A DNA stretch of 64,000 bases from Octopus vulgaris (Eukaryota), in the NCBI GenBank assembly GCA_951406725.2, contig OX597842.1, positions 33,294,001-33,358,000 of the forward strand, written 5' to 3'. A model generated the notes under the pieces. The model saw nothing but the letters and a program-made list of their open reading frames with translations. It was not told where the DNA came from and made no database searches. Shown piece after piece: positions 12,865 through 26,793 of this stretch (positions within the stretch are counted from its first letter, which is position 1; every line of letters begins with the position of its first letter). Position numbers and translations under genes: made by a program.

Positions 12865-13062
12865 TGTTTGACTTTTGCTTTACATTTGCACAAGCTGGCT
12901 CCAAGTCTCACCCAGAGACCTCAAGAGACAACAAGTTAGAAGTTCGTGTTGGTGTTATGCCTAGGGTGCCATATATTTGGTTTTGTACTTAGTGTTGTTC
13001 TAGAAAATGTTTAAGAAACCATAAGAAAATTATGTTTGTTTTAAAACTTGAGATTACATAGA

Positions 13063-13068
<6 letters not shown>
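12865..13068 (-). mobile_element. Probable RLE non-LTR retrotransposon 3-prime UTR stub between two (TAA)n tracts
   Basis: Starts ATA CTT TCT ATG TAA (ILSM*). UTR motif GAGGTCTCTGGGTGAGACTTGG resembles GAGGTCCATGTTGTGACTTGG after the stop of the element at 45481. Confidence 0.5.
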
Positions 13069-13119
<51 letters not shown>

Positions 13120-13628
13120 TATAGGGGAAAGCGAGGGCGTGGGGCTGTTTCTGGTCATAACCCCATATTGTTGTTATCTCAATCTTCAGATCGTTACATT
13201 TAAATAATTCTTAGTATTCTTTTTTATTAGTAATAGTATTTATTATTATGTTTACTGGTGGTAGCGTGATGTTGTTTTTTGTTGTTGGTAGTGGCTTACT
13301 GTTAGATTTAATCTCAAACTATGCTGATTTCATTTTTTTTTCATGTATATATGTATATACACGCACACACATATATATATGTAGATATATGGATAATACA
13401 AGCACACATACACACAACAGAACACACACGAACACAGAGGATTGATAGAACAGACACAAAAAATAAAACTCAGTATATGAAGATATATATAATGTATGTA
13501 ACGATTGTCAGAAAATCACAACTGTGACTCAAGGGCCGAGAGTTTCGAGTATAACACGAATCGCTTTGATAAATGACATGCCCGAATCTCACCTGCCTTA
13601 TGTGCGTGTATGTATGTAGTTTACTATT

Positions 13629-13676
<48 letters not shown>

Positions 13677-13746
13677 TACTATTTGTTATGGTAGGATCAA
13701 CAAATAAAGTACTCCATCTGTTGAGATGAATCTCATTTAATGTGCA

Positions 13747-14165
13747 CAGTACTTAAGAAATACAGGTAGTTTCATGCCATGGAGACACTGAGACGAGGCA
13801 GATTCATATGTCATTGCTTGTGTCTGCTAGCAATCATCGGGCTCGGAGCATGTGGTTGGGTTTATTTTAATACTAGGACGCTGGCACATGAGAAATCGCG
13901 AGGAAAAACGTGAAGGTTCATGCAAATAGCGGAATGAGAAGATAAAGTGTGAATAAAAACACTTGTTTTCTCGTTCCACACTTTAAATCAAGCCCTCTTC
14001 TCGTGTTGTTTCGCAATTTCTCATATACCAGCATACTGGTTTTCAAATATAACTTTGTGCTCTGAGTCTGAAAATTGCTTGTAGACATGAAGAATGTTAT
14101 GTAAATCTGTCTAATTACGGTGTCTCCACGGCAAGAAACTATCAGTAGCTCTTATTTTAATACTG
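13747..14165. mobile_element. Old foldback/MITE-like element, ~420-bp imperfect palindrome (Tc1/mariner-pogo-like ends)
   Basis: Arms 13747-13950 and 13959-14165 are reverse-complementary along their length (e.g. TAGTTTCATGCCATGGAGACAC vs GTGTCTCCACGGCAAGAAACTA); ends are CAGTA..TACTG|TA; 8-nt loop. Confidence 0.75.
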
Positions 14166-14298
14166 TAAGCGTTACTTATTTATTATGTAAGTGTCTGTGA
14201 TATCATTGAAGTTTGAGGGAATTTCATTGTTCTAGAAATGACAAAATTTATGGCCAATCTTGTTCAATTCACCTGACGTAACGACTTCGACTATGATG

Positions 14299-14378
<80 letters not shown>

Positions 14379-14379
<1 letters not shown>

Positions 14380-14570
14380 TAGCTCTGCTGACGACAGCTA
14401 GGATTTTGAGATTGGTACTTGGATGATAAATGTCTACCACGATAATTAACAACCAAGGATCAAAGCTTATAATGTGCCCTAAGAGACCCTATCAGACCTC
14501 TGACAGCAGGCTGCTGTCCACTCTCACGGTATCTACCAGCACAAACAAAACTGAACGTTTTGAGAAATAA
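14379..14570 (+). mobile_element. RLE non-LTR retrotransposon 3-prime stub in (TAA)n
   Basis: Directly after (TAA)n reads IALLTTARILRLVLG* (cf. ALLGTARILRKVL; stop 14424-14426), then a UTR ending in aataataa. Confidence 0.7.
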
Positions 14571-15063
14571 AACAATAATAATTTCAGATGTACAGGTCCC
14601 ATGTTTTTGAAGGTGAGAAATAAGGCTTCTGATATTTACCCCAGCCCCTTATACATACAGGCAACAAACTGTCCGAGCCATCAGCTTGGAGTACGAAGAA
14701 GGGGGGAATATTACGTTTCTACAGATATTTTATGTTAAGAGGGATTTCTGTGACCTAATTATTCAGCAGGCCGATTCGTCAGGCGCTCTCTCTCCTACCG
14801 ATTCTGTTACATCACTCTACTAACAACAATAATGATGATAATAATAATAATAATTATTATTATTATAACAATAATGATAATAATAAACAATGACAATAGT
14901 AATAACAGTTTTGTTAATATTTAAATAATAGTGACGAAAAAATAATGAAATCATAATATTATTGATTACATGAACGATTATAATAATAGTAATAACAATG
15001 ATAATAATAATACAGATGGCAGTAATGAAAATAATAATGATAATAATAATAATAAAGATGGTT

Positions 15064-15101
<38 letters not shown>

Positions 15102-15205
15102 GATGGTTGTAATAATAATAATAATGATAATAATAATAATAATAATAATAATAGAGATGGTTGTAATAATAATAATAATAATAGAATAATAATAATAGAG
15201 ATGGC

Positions 15206-15262
<57 letters not shown>

Positions 15263-15804
15263 GACGTCAATAATCGTAATAATAATGATGATAATAATAA
15301 TAATAGTCGCAATAATGGTAATAATATGCTTGAGAATTAATGGCAAACTGTTTTCTAAGAGACATAAAAGCAATGAACGGGAAGTCGACCAATCAAAAGA
15401 AACTGAGTGACACTTAGTAGTAGAAGTAGAAGATGAACAATGTCTATACGTGAAAACAAATTTTCGGAGAAACACAAATAAATAATAATAATAATGATGA
15501 TAATAAAAACATCTCGTAGCTTGAAATAAAAATATTTCAAGCTATGACTAGGGTTATATGTGCACGAAATATCAACATTTCAATCAATTTCCTTATAGAG
15601 TTTGAGAGAAATAATTTGTAACACGAAACAGTATTGTAAGGATCGCATATTTTGATTGACATATATATATATAAAATCAAAATAAGCAACAAGGATATCC
15701 AAGGTAGTGAAGTACAATCGTTTCATGCTACTTCATTTTATTAAACACTGTAAGTATTACATCGGTTTAATAATAATAATAATAATATATATATATATAT
15801 ATAC

Positions 15805-16010
15805 ATAGTTAAAGTTAATACAAGCATGAAAACAGGGAGAAAACACAACAACGCGAGGACGTGGAACAAATATAGTATTATTGGACGATCAGGAAAGAAG
15901 GAAAGAAGGAGGGGTTAACGTTTCGAGCGGAGCTCTTCGTCAGAAACATAGGAAAAGGAAAAATCCAGAGAAGGGAAGACGGACGAAAAAAAAATCGCCA
16001 ACGGTACAAA
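15805..16010 (-). mobile_element. Penelope-like element terminal-repeat fragment next to (TA)n
   Basis: Contains a minimal hammerhead motif of the kind found in PLE repeats; a similar short insert between (TA)n tracts lies at ~15672-15770. Confidence 0.6.
15913..15947 (-). ncRNA. Minimal type I hammerhead ribozyme motif (PLE type), possibly degenerate
   Basis: Minus strand gttt-CTGACGA-A-GAGC tcc GCTC-GAAA-CGTT-aacc: conserved core, helix II, palindromic (AACGTT) helix III; helix I only partly paired. Confidence 0.6.
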
Positions 16011-16173
16011 AGTGACGTAAACAAACATACACGCGCATCTGTTTGTGTCTCTATCTATCATACACACACACACACATACACGCACACACACACACGTGTG
16101 ATGTAAATTACACACTCATTATTAATGGAATAAAGCAATGTAACAAGCGTATGTTCGTCAGATTCCTTGGCAT

Positions 16174-16246
<73 letters not shown>

Positions 16247-16565
16247 ATATGCGTGACTGTCAAAAGTTTTTATGTAGCTTGGCGTATAATTTAAGTAAGT
16301 ATTATATATATATATATATATATATACGCAAACGTATATATACAAATGTACACATATATACACAAACATACATATATACAAATATATGTATACACGTACA
16401 TACGTATATATAAATATATATATACACATATATATAAATATATATATAAGTATATATGCATATATATATATACATATATATATATATACATATACATAAA
16501 TATATAAATATATCTGTGAATATATATATACACATTTATACAAATATATATATACATAAACATAA

Positions 16566-16659
<94 letters not shown>

Positions 16660-17042
16660 ATGCGTGACTGTCGAAAGTATTATGAAGCTTAGCATATAAC
16701 GTAAGTACACCTTAAATATATATATATATATACATATGTAAACACAGACACTTTTGAACGTAAACATTACAATAATTATACATATTTAAACTTGGGAGAC
16801 AAAAGCGTGGAGATTACAAAGCACTGTGAGACCTACATAGAGGGCGAGAGAGCTGTGTGTGTCTGTGAAAGGGATGCAGGTCGTACGATGCGGCAATGTA
16901 GGCGGAAAAATATATATAAACTTAAGTGCAAGCCAGATCTTTGTGACATGTAGGGACTTGTTTATTACGAGTAATAGTAACACAAAGAAGGTGGCGAGTG
17001 ATGAATGACTGTGCCAGGGTGTGTGTGTGTGTGTGGGGGTCT

Positions 17043-17557
17043 TTTAGTTTTTGCTTTAGTTGTTTGACTGCGGCCACGCTGGAGTACTGCTTTGAAGGGT
17101 CTTTTTAGTCGAAGAAATCGACCCCAGACGTTTTTTTTAAAACTTTTTGTAGAGCCTAGTATATATTCTATATTCTATCGGTCTCTTTTTTATTTCTTTA
17201 TTGCCCACAAGGGGCTAAGCACAGTGGGGACAAACAAGGACAGACAAAGGGATTAAGTCGATTACATCGACCCCAGTGCGTAACTGGTACTTAATTTATC
17301 GACCCCGAAAGGATGAAAGGCAAAGTCGACCGCGGTGGAATTTGAACTCACAACGTAACAACAGACGAAATACCGCTAAGCATTTCGCCCGGCGTGCTAA
17401 CGATTCTGCCAGTTCGCCGCCCTATCGTCTATCGGTCTCTTTTGCTGAACAGCTACATTATGGGGACGCAAACACGCCACCAGGGGCTGTCAAGCGGTGG
17501 TGGTGGTGGTGGTGGTGTTTGTGGTTAGTATAAACACAGCCACAGACACACAGTCAT

Positions 17558-17634
<77 letters not shown>

Positions 17635-17793
17635 GAGCTTCTTTCAGCTTCCGTCTACCAAATCCACTCACAAGGCATTGGTCGGCCCGGGGCTATAGCA
17701 GAAGACACTTGCCCAAGATGCCACGCAGTGGGCCTGAACCCGGAACCATGTGGTTGGTTAGCAAGCTACTTACCACACAGCCACTCCTTCGCC
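17043..17793 (-). mobile_element. SINE family B, full length, interrupted by a SINE A insertion
   Basis: Head GGCTGTGTGGTAAGTAGCTTGC..CCACATGGTTCCGGGTTCAGG at ~17735-17785; tail CCAGCGTGGCCGCAGTCAAAC at ~17062-17082. Confidence 0.88.
17190..17421 (-). mobile_element. SINE family A full-length monomer with 16-bp target-site duplication
   Basis: TSD TCTATCGGTCTCTTTT at 17174-17189 and 17428-17443; intact head, B-box (17337-17349) and A-rich tail. Confidence 0.92.
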
Positions 17794-18352
17794 TATATAT
17801 ATATATATATATCAATTACATATTTTCGTATATATATGTATATATACATACATTCGTACATATAACCTACATATAACGATACACATACATACAGACATTA
17901 CAAGCGTATATATCTTTGCCTCATAATTACACCCGTGTCTTCGTCTCACGTATGATACCGGGTAATTACGTGGTCAGCTGATTATTAGGATATAAGTGTC
18001 TGGTGGGGGAGGCTGCTGCTGTGGTGGTGGTGGTGATGGCATTGGGGCCCATAGCGATGGAAGCGGCGATAATGGCGTTTGGGACACGTTGCTAATGATG
18101 GTGGTGATGTTGTTGGTGATATTTCGAGAAAGGTAGGGTGTGTTTCGTGTTGTAGTTTTGGCGATGTTGTAGGTTGTGGTTCGTTCGCGGAATTAATGGT
18201 AGGAGTTGTTAATGGTAGCATTTAGTAATTAGCAGTGTTAGTAGTCGCAGTAATTTCTTATATTGACATACGTCATACATATCTGTATACATGCGTACTT
18301 TAATTAGCACTTAGAAACGACTATATGCAGTGTATATATACATATATATATG

Positions 18353-18384
<32 letters not shown>

Positions 18385-18939
18385 TGTATGTATACATATG
18401 TATATATATATATGTATATATATATATACATATATGTAAGTATATATATATGTATGTATATGTATGTATATATGTATATATATATATGTATGTATATATG
18501 TATGTATATATGTATATATATATGTATGTATATATATATATGTGTATGTATATATGTATGTATATATGTGTGTATGTATATGTGTGTATATATATATATA
18601 TGTGTGTATGTATATATGTATATATATATGTGTGTATGTATATATGTGTGTATATGTGTGTGTATGTATATATGTATGTATATATATATATGTATATATG
18701 TGTGTATGTATATATGTATGTATATATGGCATATATAACATATACGTAAATGTATAAATACAGATATATTAAAAAAACAGTCATATACGCACAGATATAT
18801 ACACAAATGAAATGCGTAGTGAGGTTAGCGAGAATTCTTAAGCAAGAATTTTCATTTACAATTTTCTAAACTACGATGAAGTTAACAATGACGATGGTGA
18901 TGACGATGTTGACATATTTTGCAAACACATATCAGCAAT

Positions 18940-19860
18940 TACGATGATGATTATGATGATGATGATGATGATGATAGTGTGTAGTTGTTGGTGATGACGA
19001 TGATGATGATGATGGTATATTTAACAGTAGTCTTAACGATGCTGACGATGTCGTTGATGGTGGTGATTGTGGTGGGGTTGGCGATGATGATGATGATGTT
19101 AGTAGTGATGGTGGTGGTGATGGTGATGATGTTAGTAGTGATGGTGGCGGTGATGATGATGATGCTGATAATAGCCATGATGGTGGTGATGGTGGTGGTG
19201 AAGATGATGGTGGTAATGATGATGATGCTGATAATAGCCATGATAGTGGTGATGGTGGTGATGGTGATGATGATGGCGATGGTGGTGGCGATGATAATGG
19301 TGATGATGTTGATGGTGTTGGTGATGATGGTGATGCTGATAATAGCCATGATGGTGGTGATGGTGGTGGTGAAGATGATGGTGGTAATGATGATGATGCT
19401 GATAATAGCCATGATAGTGGTGATGGTGGTGATGGTGATGATGATGGCGATGGTGGTGGCGATGATAATGGTGATGATGTTGATGGTGTTGGTGATGATG
19501 GTGATGCTGATAATAGCCATGATGGTGGTGATGGTGGTGGTGGTGGTGATGATGCTGCTGATGATGATGGCGATGGTGGTGGCGATGATGATGGTGTTGG
19601 TGATGATGCTGTTGATAATAGTCATGATGGTGGTGGTGGTTGTGATGATGAAGGCGATGGTGGTGCAGGTGATGATGATGATGACGGTTGAGTTGATGGT
19701 TGTGGTAGTGGTGATGAATGTGGTGGTGGTGGTGGTAATGATGGCGATAACAATGCTAGAGATGATGGCGGTATATTTAGCAAAACGATGACATAGTGAC
19801 AAATATGATGGCGAAGATGATGATGATGATTATCGTGAGAACGATGATGGCGGTGTGGTG
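18940..19860. repeat. Compound (GAT/GGT)n microsatellite with higher-order duplications
   Basis: GCTGATAATAGCCATGAT blocks recur; source of the poly-M/V and poly-I/T ORFs. Confidence 0.9.
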
Positions 19861-20849
19861 GCGGTAATAGTGGTGTCGAAAATAATTACTTTAAAATATG
19901 ACGATCGTTGTAATGGTGTTAATGGCGGTAATCAGTATAAAAATACTGAGAAAATGGCGGAAGAAGAAGAGGAGAAGGAAGAGGAGAAAATAGACGATGG
20001 GGGATAAGATGGTGGAGAGACAGAGAGAGAAACTGAGAAAATGGCGGAAGAAGAGGAGGAGGAGAAGGAGGTGGTGATGGTGCATAGGATGATAAAAACA
20101 AAGAATATGGGGACAACAACAACAACAACCACAGCGAAAATTTAACCATTATTACAATAATAAATATGAAAAGAAAACAGGTGATTGGGGACATGATGAC
20201 TACCAGAACGCAACAACAACAAAATTAGGTAAAACAAGATGAGTAGTAACAAGGCATGAGGACAGCAATAAAATAGTAGAGCCGGACAACAACAAGAACA
20301 CGAACAATACAGACAAAAAAACGGAATACTAGAGATGATGAACGAAAAGATGGCCGCCACGACGCAAGAACGACGAAAACATTAAAAGCGACAACGAAAG
20401 GTAAACGTGCACGAATAAGAAGAATCTCGAAGGTAAGACAGACCGCAAGTCAGCTCGAAGCCACCACCACCACCACCACCAATTATACCAGCATTGTCAG
20501 CAGCAGCAGCAGTAGTGACAACAGCAACATTTAACAACGACAAATGACAAACGCGAAGCGCCGCCATTTTTTGAAAGTGTCAGGTTTTTGACAGATGAAG
20601 ATTTTTGACAAAATTACGTCAATTGCTAATAATTGCATACCGTTATAGAGATGTATTTTAGAAGCGTTTATATGGGGAGAACGTGTGTGTATATATATAT
20701 ATGTACGCATGTATGTATGAGTGATTATGTATATATAGATAGATAATATGCCTCTGTGTGTATGTGTGTGTGTTTATAATATATATACAGATAGATGTAA
20801 CGTACATAAATATATACATCTTCTAATTCAAAGATATATATATATATAA

Positions 20850-20882
<33 letters not shown>

Positions 20883-20992
20883 CGTCCACTTTTTCAATTA
20901 TATATATATATAGAGAGAGAGAGAAATGTAGGGTATATGTGTATATATATAATAGATTTTTATTCAGATGATTATGTATGTAAGGAAAGATA

Positions 20993-21075
<83 letters not shown>

Positions 21076-21290
21076 TGTATGTATGTATGTATGTATGTGT
21101 GTGTGTCTGTGTATAGACAGTTTGATGTATATTATTTTATGCAAATGATTATATATTCACCGAACATATATGCATGTATATAACATTTACTTTGTCAATT
21201 ATATATAGATGTAGAATGTATGTATTTATATACACTTTATTCAGGTGATTACATAGGTACACACACATTCAGTGAGTACAAATATGTATG

Positions 21291-21352
<62 letters not shown>

Positions 21353-21653
21353 AGAGAGAGAGAGAGATACGAGTATATATATGTATATACATCTAATTTT
21401 TCCAATTATACACATATATATATATATTCACACATGCATACAAACTTTCAAGAACATACACACGCATATATACATGTGTACAAACATACATAAATACGCA
21501 CACAGAGACATATACACACACAAGGAAATACACACAGACACACACACATATATATATATTTTTCATAAAACTCCCCAAAATATTGTAAAAATTCATCTGA
21601 CGAAACTATAGTAAATTGAAATCTAAAATGTGTTATTTACTTTTTAAATACAC

Positions 21654-21711
<58 letters not shown>

Positions 21712-22167
21712 ATGAACAAATGCTATTACTTTTTCAAATTGAAGTTCAAACAAGACCAAGTGACAAACGCATATACACATACATATACATACATATATAC
21801 ATACATACATACATAAATACATACATACATACATACATACATACATACATAATACATACACACACACACATACATACACACATACATACACACATACATA
21901 CATACATACATACATACATACACACATACATACATACATACATACATACATACATACATACATACATACACACATACATACACACATACATACATACATA
22001 CATACATACATGCATACATACACAGATACATACATACATACATACATACATACATACATACATACATACATACATGCATGCATGCATGCATGCATGCATA
22101 CATACATACATACATACATACATACATACATACATACATACATACATACATGCATACATACATACAC

Positions 22168-22199
<32 letters not shown>

Positions 22200-22337
22200 A
22201 CATACATACATACATACATACATACATACATACACACATACATGTACACTCGTGTTTATAACGACACAACTTACAGGCACACACACGCATACACAAACGT
22301 ATGTATTATGTAAACATGTACACATTCAGAAATGAAG

Positions 22338-22790
22338 GAGAAAGAAGGAACGAGGTAATAGAAAGATAAACCGACAATGAAGGAATTAATGAAAGAACGA
22401 CAGATGGAAAAAGGAAATATAAAAGGAAAGAAAGAAGGAAAAATGGGCTGATTGAAGGAAGGAATAAAGATGAGTGAATGAAAAAGGGAAGGAAACAAGA
22501 AAATGAAGGAAAACGGTGGTGCTAGATTAGGAAGGAAAAAGAGAAAGGAATAATAAAAGAGAAAGAAAGAACGAGATAATAGAATGGTAAACCGACAATG
22601 AAAGAGAGCGAACGAAATCGAAAAGAATAAAAGAACGACAGATGGAAAGAAGGAAGTATAAAAGGAAAGAAAGAAGGAAAAAAGGGCTGATTGAAGGAAG
22701 GAATAAAGATGAGTGAATGAAAAAGGGAAGGAAAAAAGAAAATGAAGGAAAACGGTGGGGCTAGATTAGGAAGGAAAAAGAGAAAGGAAT
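22338..22790. repeat. Purine-rich direct duplication (~220-240 bp x2)
   Basis: TAAACCGACAATGAA..AAAGAACGACAGATGGAAA..GGGCTGATTGAAGGAAGGAATAAAGATGAGTGAATG..GCTAGATTAGGAAGG present twice. Confidence 0.88.
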
Positions 22791-23028
22791 GATACGATAA
22801 GAGTGGAAGGCAGAGGTAGAGGAATTCAAAGAATGTTAACAGAAGAGAGACGAGGGAACGCAATGGGAGACTTTGGTGGGTGGAAACGAGGTTAAAGGAA
22901 GTAGCAAGGAAGACATTTTTTTTTTCTTCTGGAGCGTTTCTAAAACATAAAACGTAAACTGTGTCAGCCATATTGTGAGGAGTAACATGGCGAATTACAT
23001 CGCTCGTAGCATGGCTGTGTGTGTGTGT

Positions 23029-23072
<44 letters not shown>

Positions 23073-24322
23073 AGATGTATATACATGTGTGTGTATGTGT
23101 GCATTTGTGCATGTGTGTGTGTGTATTTGTGCCTCTGCGTACGATGTGTGCACATACGTCCATGTGGTTGTGTGTTTTTGTGTGTGAGTGTATATATGTG
23201 TTTATGCATGTGTATGTGTATTTGTGCACGTGTATGTGTGTGTGTGCGTGAGTACGTACATAGATATACGCATATGTATACATATGTCTATGCATATGTA
23301 TTATCGTACGAATGTATATATATATATATATGCGTATATGTATGAATGTGGGCATATATGTGTGTGTGTGTCTATATTACAAACGTGTGTGCACCGGTAG
23401 ATTTACTAGCATAGGTGCAAATGTATGCATTTATTGCTGTAGCAGCGTTCTAAGTACATATATACAATGAAAAGTGCATACACCGATGCATTTTTGTGCA
23501 GTTACATAAATGTGTATTCATGCTCTTGTGTGTATTCATATGCTTGAATATGTATATGTAAATACTAGACTCCTATATGTGTAGAAGTATATATGTATAT
23601 ACATGCGTGTATATGCATATATACAGATTAGACCAATCGAAAATGCAAAGATAATCTGGAAACTCGACTAAGGAAAGAAAACTCCGAATGACCCGTCCTT
23701 GTTTTTTCTTGTCCCCTTTTTTCTATCATCTGCCTGGCTGTTTTGTGTTCTTGTCCCATTTTTGAATTCCTTTACATGCATGTGTATATATACGTATACA
23801 TGTGTGTATGTATGTATACGAGCATAGATGTATTTATGCTACCTATAAATGCACATACATGTAAATATACACATAGGTGCATTTTTGCTTGTTTTCGGAA
23901 ACACCTGACGTTTGAATAAACGTATGGATCTTTAAATGGGTGTATATTTTTGTGTGTGTATATTTATGTCTATATTTGTATTTGTATATGTGTCTTTGTA
24001 TATATATTTGTATATGTATTTCTATATGTGTCTTTGTATATATATTTGCATATGTATTTGTATACATGTGTATTTGCTTGTATGCATATGTGTATATATA
24101 TATGTATATATATATATTTGTATGTACACTTATATGTATATTTGTGTGTGAGTGTGTATGGCTGTATAGATACAAGTGTGAGTGTGTACGTACTTTGGGT
24201 TTACAGTGTATGTCTAAAAGCACATAGCTAAATATATGTATATGCGTGTACATGCATATATGTATGTATGCAAATATAATGAACATATATGTATATATAT
24301 CCTACACACACACGTGTGTATG

Positions 24323-24356
<34 letters not shown>

Positions 24357-24374
24357 TAGATAGATAGATAGATC

Positions 24375-24489
<115 letters not shown>

Positions 24490-24697
24490 GGATGGATGGA
24501 TGGATGGATGGATGGATAGATAGATAAATAGCTAGATGTGTTAACACATTAATCTATCTATCTATCTACACAGAGGTGTACATAGGAAAAAGAGTTAGAA
24601 GGACAAATCAGACATATTTGAAAGAACCTTATAGAAAGAAAAACGTAGTAAGGACATTGAACGCACTCTCAAGTGTACGTATATATATATATACACA

Positions 24698-24787
<90 letters not shown>

Positions 24788-25142
24788 GATACAAATCACA
24801 CACGTATACGTGAAAAAAAATCCACTCCATACAAGACTATTTATTTCAAGGCGAGACTTGAGCAATAAAGATGTCTTCCATCGATATAAATTTCTGTGGG
24901 TCAAAAATCGATACATACGCCATTTTTTATATGTGTGTATATATACACAAACATATACGCATCATTTTATATCATGATATATATTATGTATGTCTATCTA
25001 TCTACCTATATATATAATTTTTTAAATATCATGAAAGAGCAAAAAACAAAATGCATATATAAATGTTTTCAATATATATATATACATATAAACATATATA
25101 TATATATATATACATACAGATATATACATATATATATGTACA

Positions 25143-25178
<36 letters not shown>

Positions 25179-25287
25179 TATATACACATATATATATATA
25201 TATACACATATATATATATATACACACACACACATATATATATATATATACATATATATATACACATACGTATATATATACATATAT

Positions 25288-25338
<51 letters not shown>

Positions 25339-25505
25339 AGGTCATATACAAACACACAGAGACGAACACGCTTATGACTGTGTTTATATTATGTGTATCT
25401 TAAAATACAAGCTCTCTCTCTCCTTTATAGGTATACACTTATATATATATAGATACATGTATATATATATATACACATGCAAATATCCACACATACATAT
25501 ATACA

Positions 25506-25555
<50 letters not shown>

Positions 25556-25924
25556 TACTCATTCATAAGCAAGTTTACACATAAATACATATGGATAGTT
25601 ACTCTTTCTTCGATTATATATATAGGTGTCTATGTGTGTGTATATATATATCTGTGTGCGTGTATATGTATGTGTGTATATATATGTGCGTGTGTATTGG
25701 TGTGTGTGTGTGTGTGCACGTGTGTGTGTTTGTGTGTGTGTGTGTAAGTGTGTACGTACAATTGTTTTCTTTTTACATTTTTAAAGATTAAGAAACATTG
25801 AAATAAAATAGATGAAAAAAGAAGAATTTCCCGAAAAACTTTGCAAAGAAATTTTTAAAAGTAGAACACGTACCAACACCATCACCACCACTACTACAAC
25901 TGCTACTACTACTACTACTACTAC

Positions 25925-26018
<94 letters not shown>

Positions 26019-26222
26019 AATATTAATAATAATAATAATAACTATAATTATAATAATGCTACTAATAATAAGTGTACTGATAGGTTGACCAGGAACTAGA
26101 AGAGGAATAAGAATGATGAGGAAACCCATAAAAAATCGCAAAGAACGAAGAATAAAGATGGATGACAAGGAAAAATAACTGCATTTGAAAAGATTTTTAA
26201 AAAATAAAATCATATTGAAGAG

Positions 26223-26272
<50 letters not shown>

Positions 26273-26333
26273 ATATATATATTACGCCAAACGTACACAC
26301 TCACATGTATACACATGTATACGTACATATATA

Positions 26334-26383
<50 letters not shown>

Positions 26384-26729
26384 CATATATATATATATAC
26401 ATATATATATATGCATACATGTGAAAATTTATATATTGACATATATATATATTTATATATTTATATATGTATATATGTATATATATAAACATGTACATGT
26501 GTGTATGTTTATATATTTTCACGTGTGTGTTGTCAGATGACTTTATATGCATGTATACACACATAGACTAAATATAACCGTATGCATGCGTATATACATG
26601 TATTTAGAAGCATGTGTATATAGCTGTGTTGTGTGTGGGGTGGGGGGCATAGGCAAGAAAACGGTTTAGTTTCAAGAAAATGATGCGGTGGCGACGACAG
26701 CGCCGGCGTCGTTGATGATCAGACCATAA

Positions 26730-26750
26730 AACGACCCAATAATAATAATG

Positions 26751-26793
<43 letters not shown>

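Noticed and set aside
14589-14613. Plus-strand micro-exon-like tttcag|ATGTAC..GAAG|gtgaga
   Set aside because: 25 nt, no pyrimidine tract, antisense to Pax6, no partner exons.
15591-15620. ccttatag|AGTTTGAGAGAA resembles the start of the next Pax6 exon (EFER..)
   Set aside because: Wrong strand and wrong side of the exon, and it continues NNL* instead of THYPD; coincidence.
17335-17421. tRNA gene
   Set aside because: A/B boxes belong to a SINE head followed by core, tail and TSD; no complete cloverleaf.
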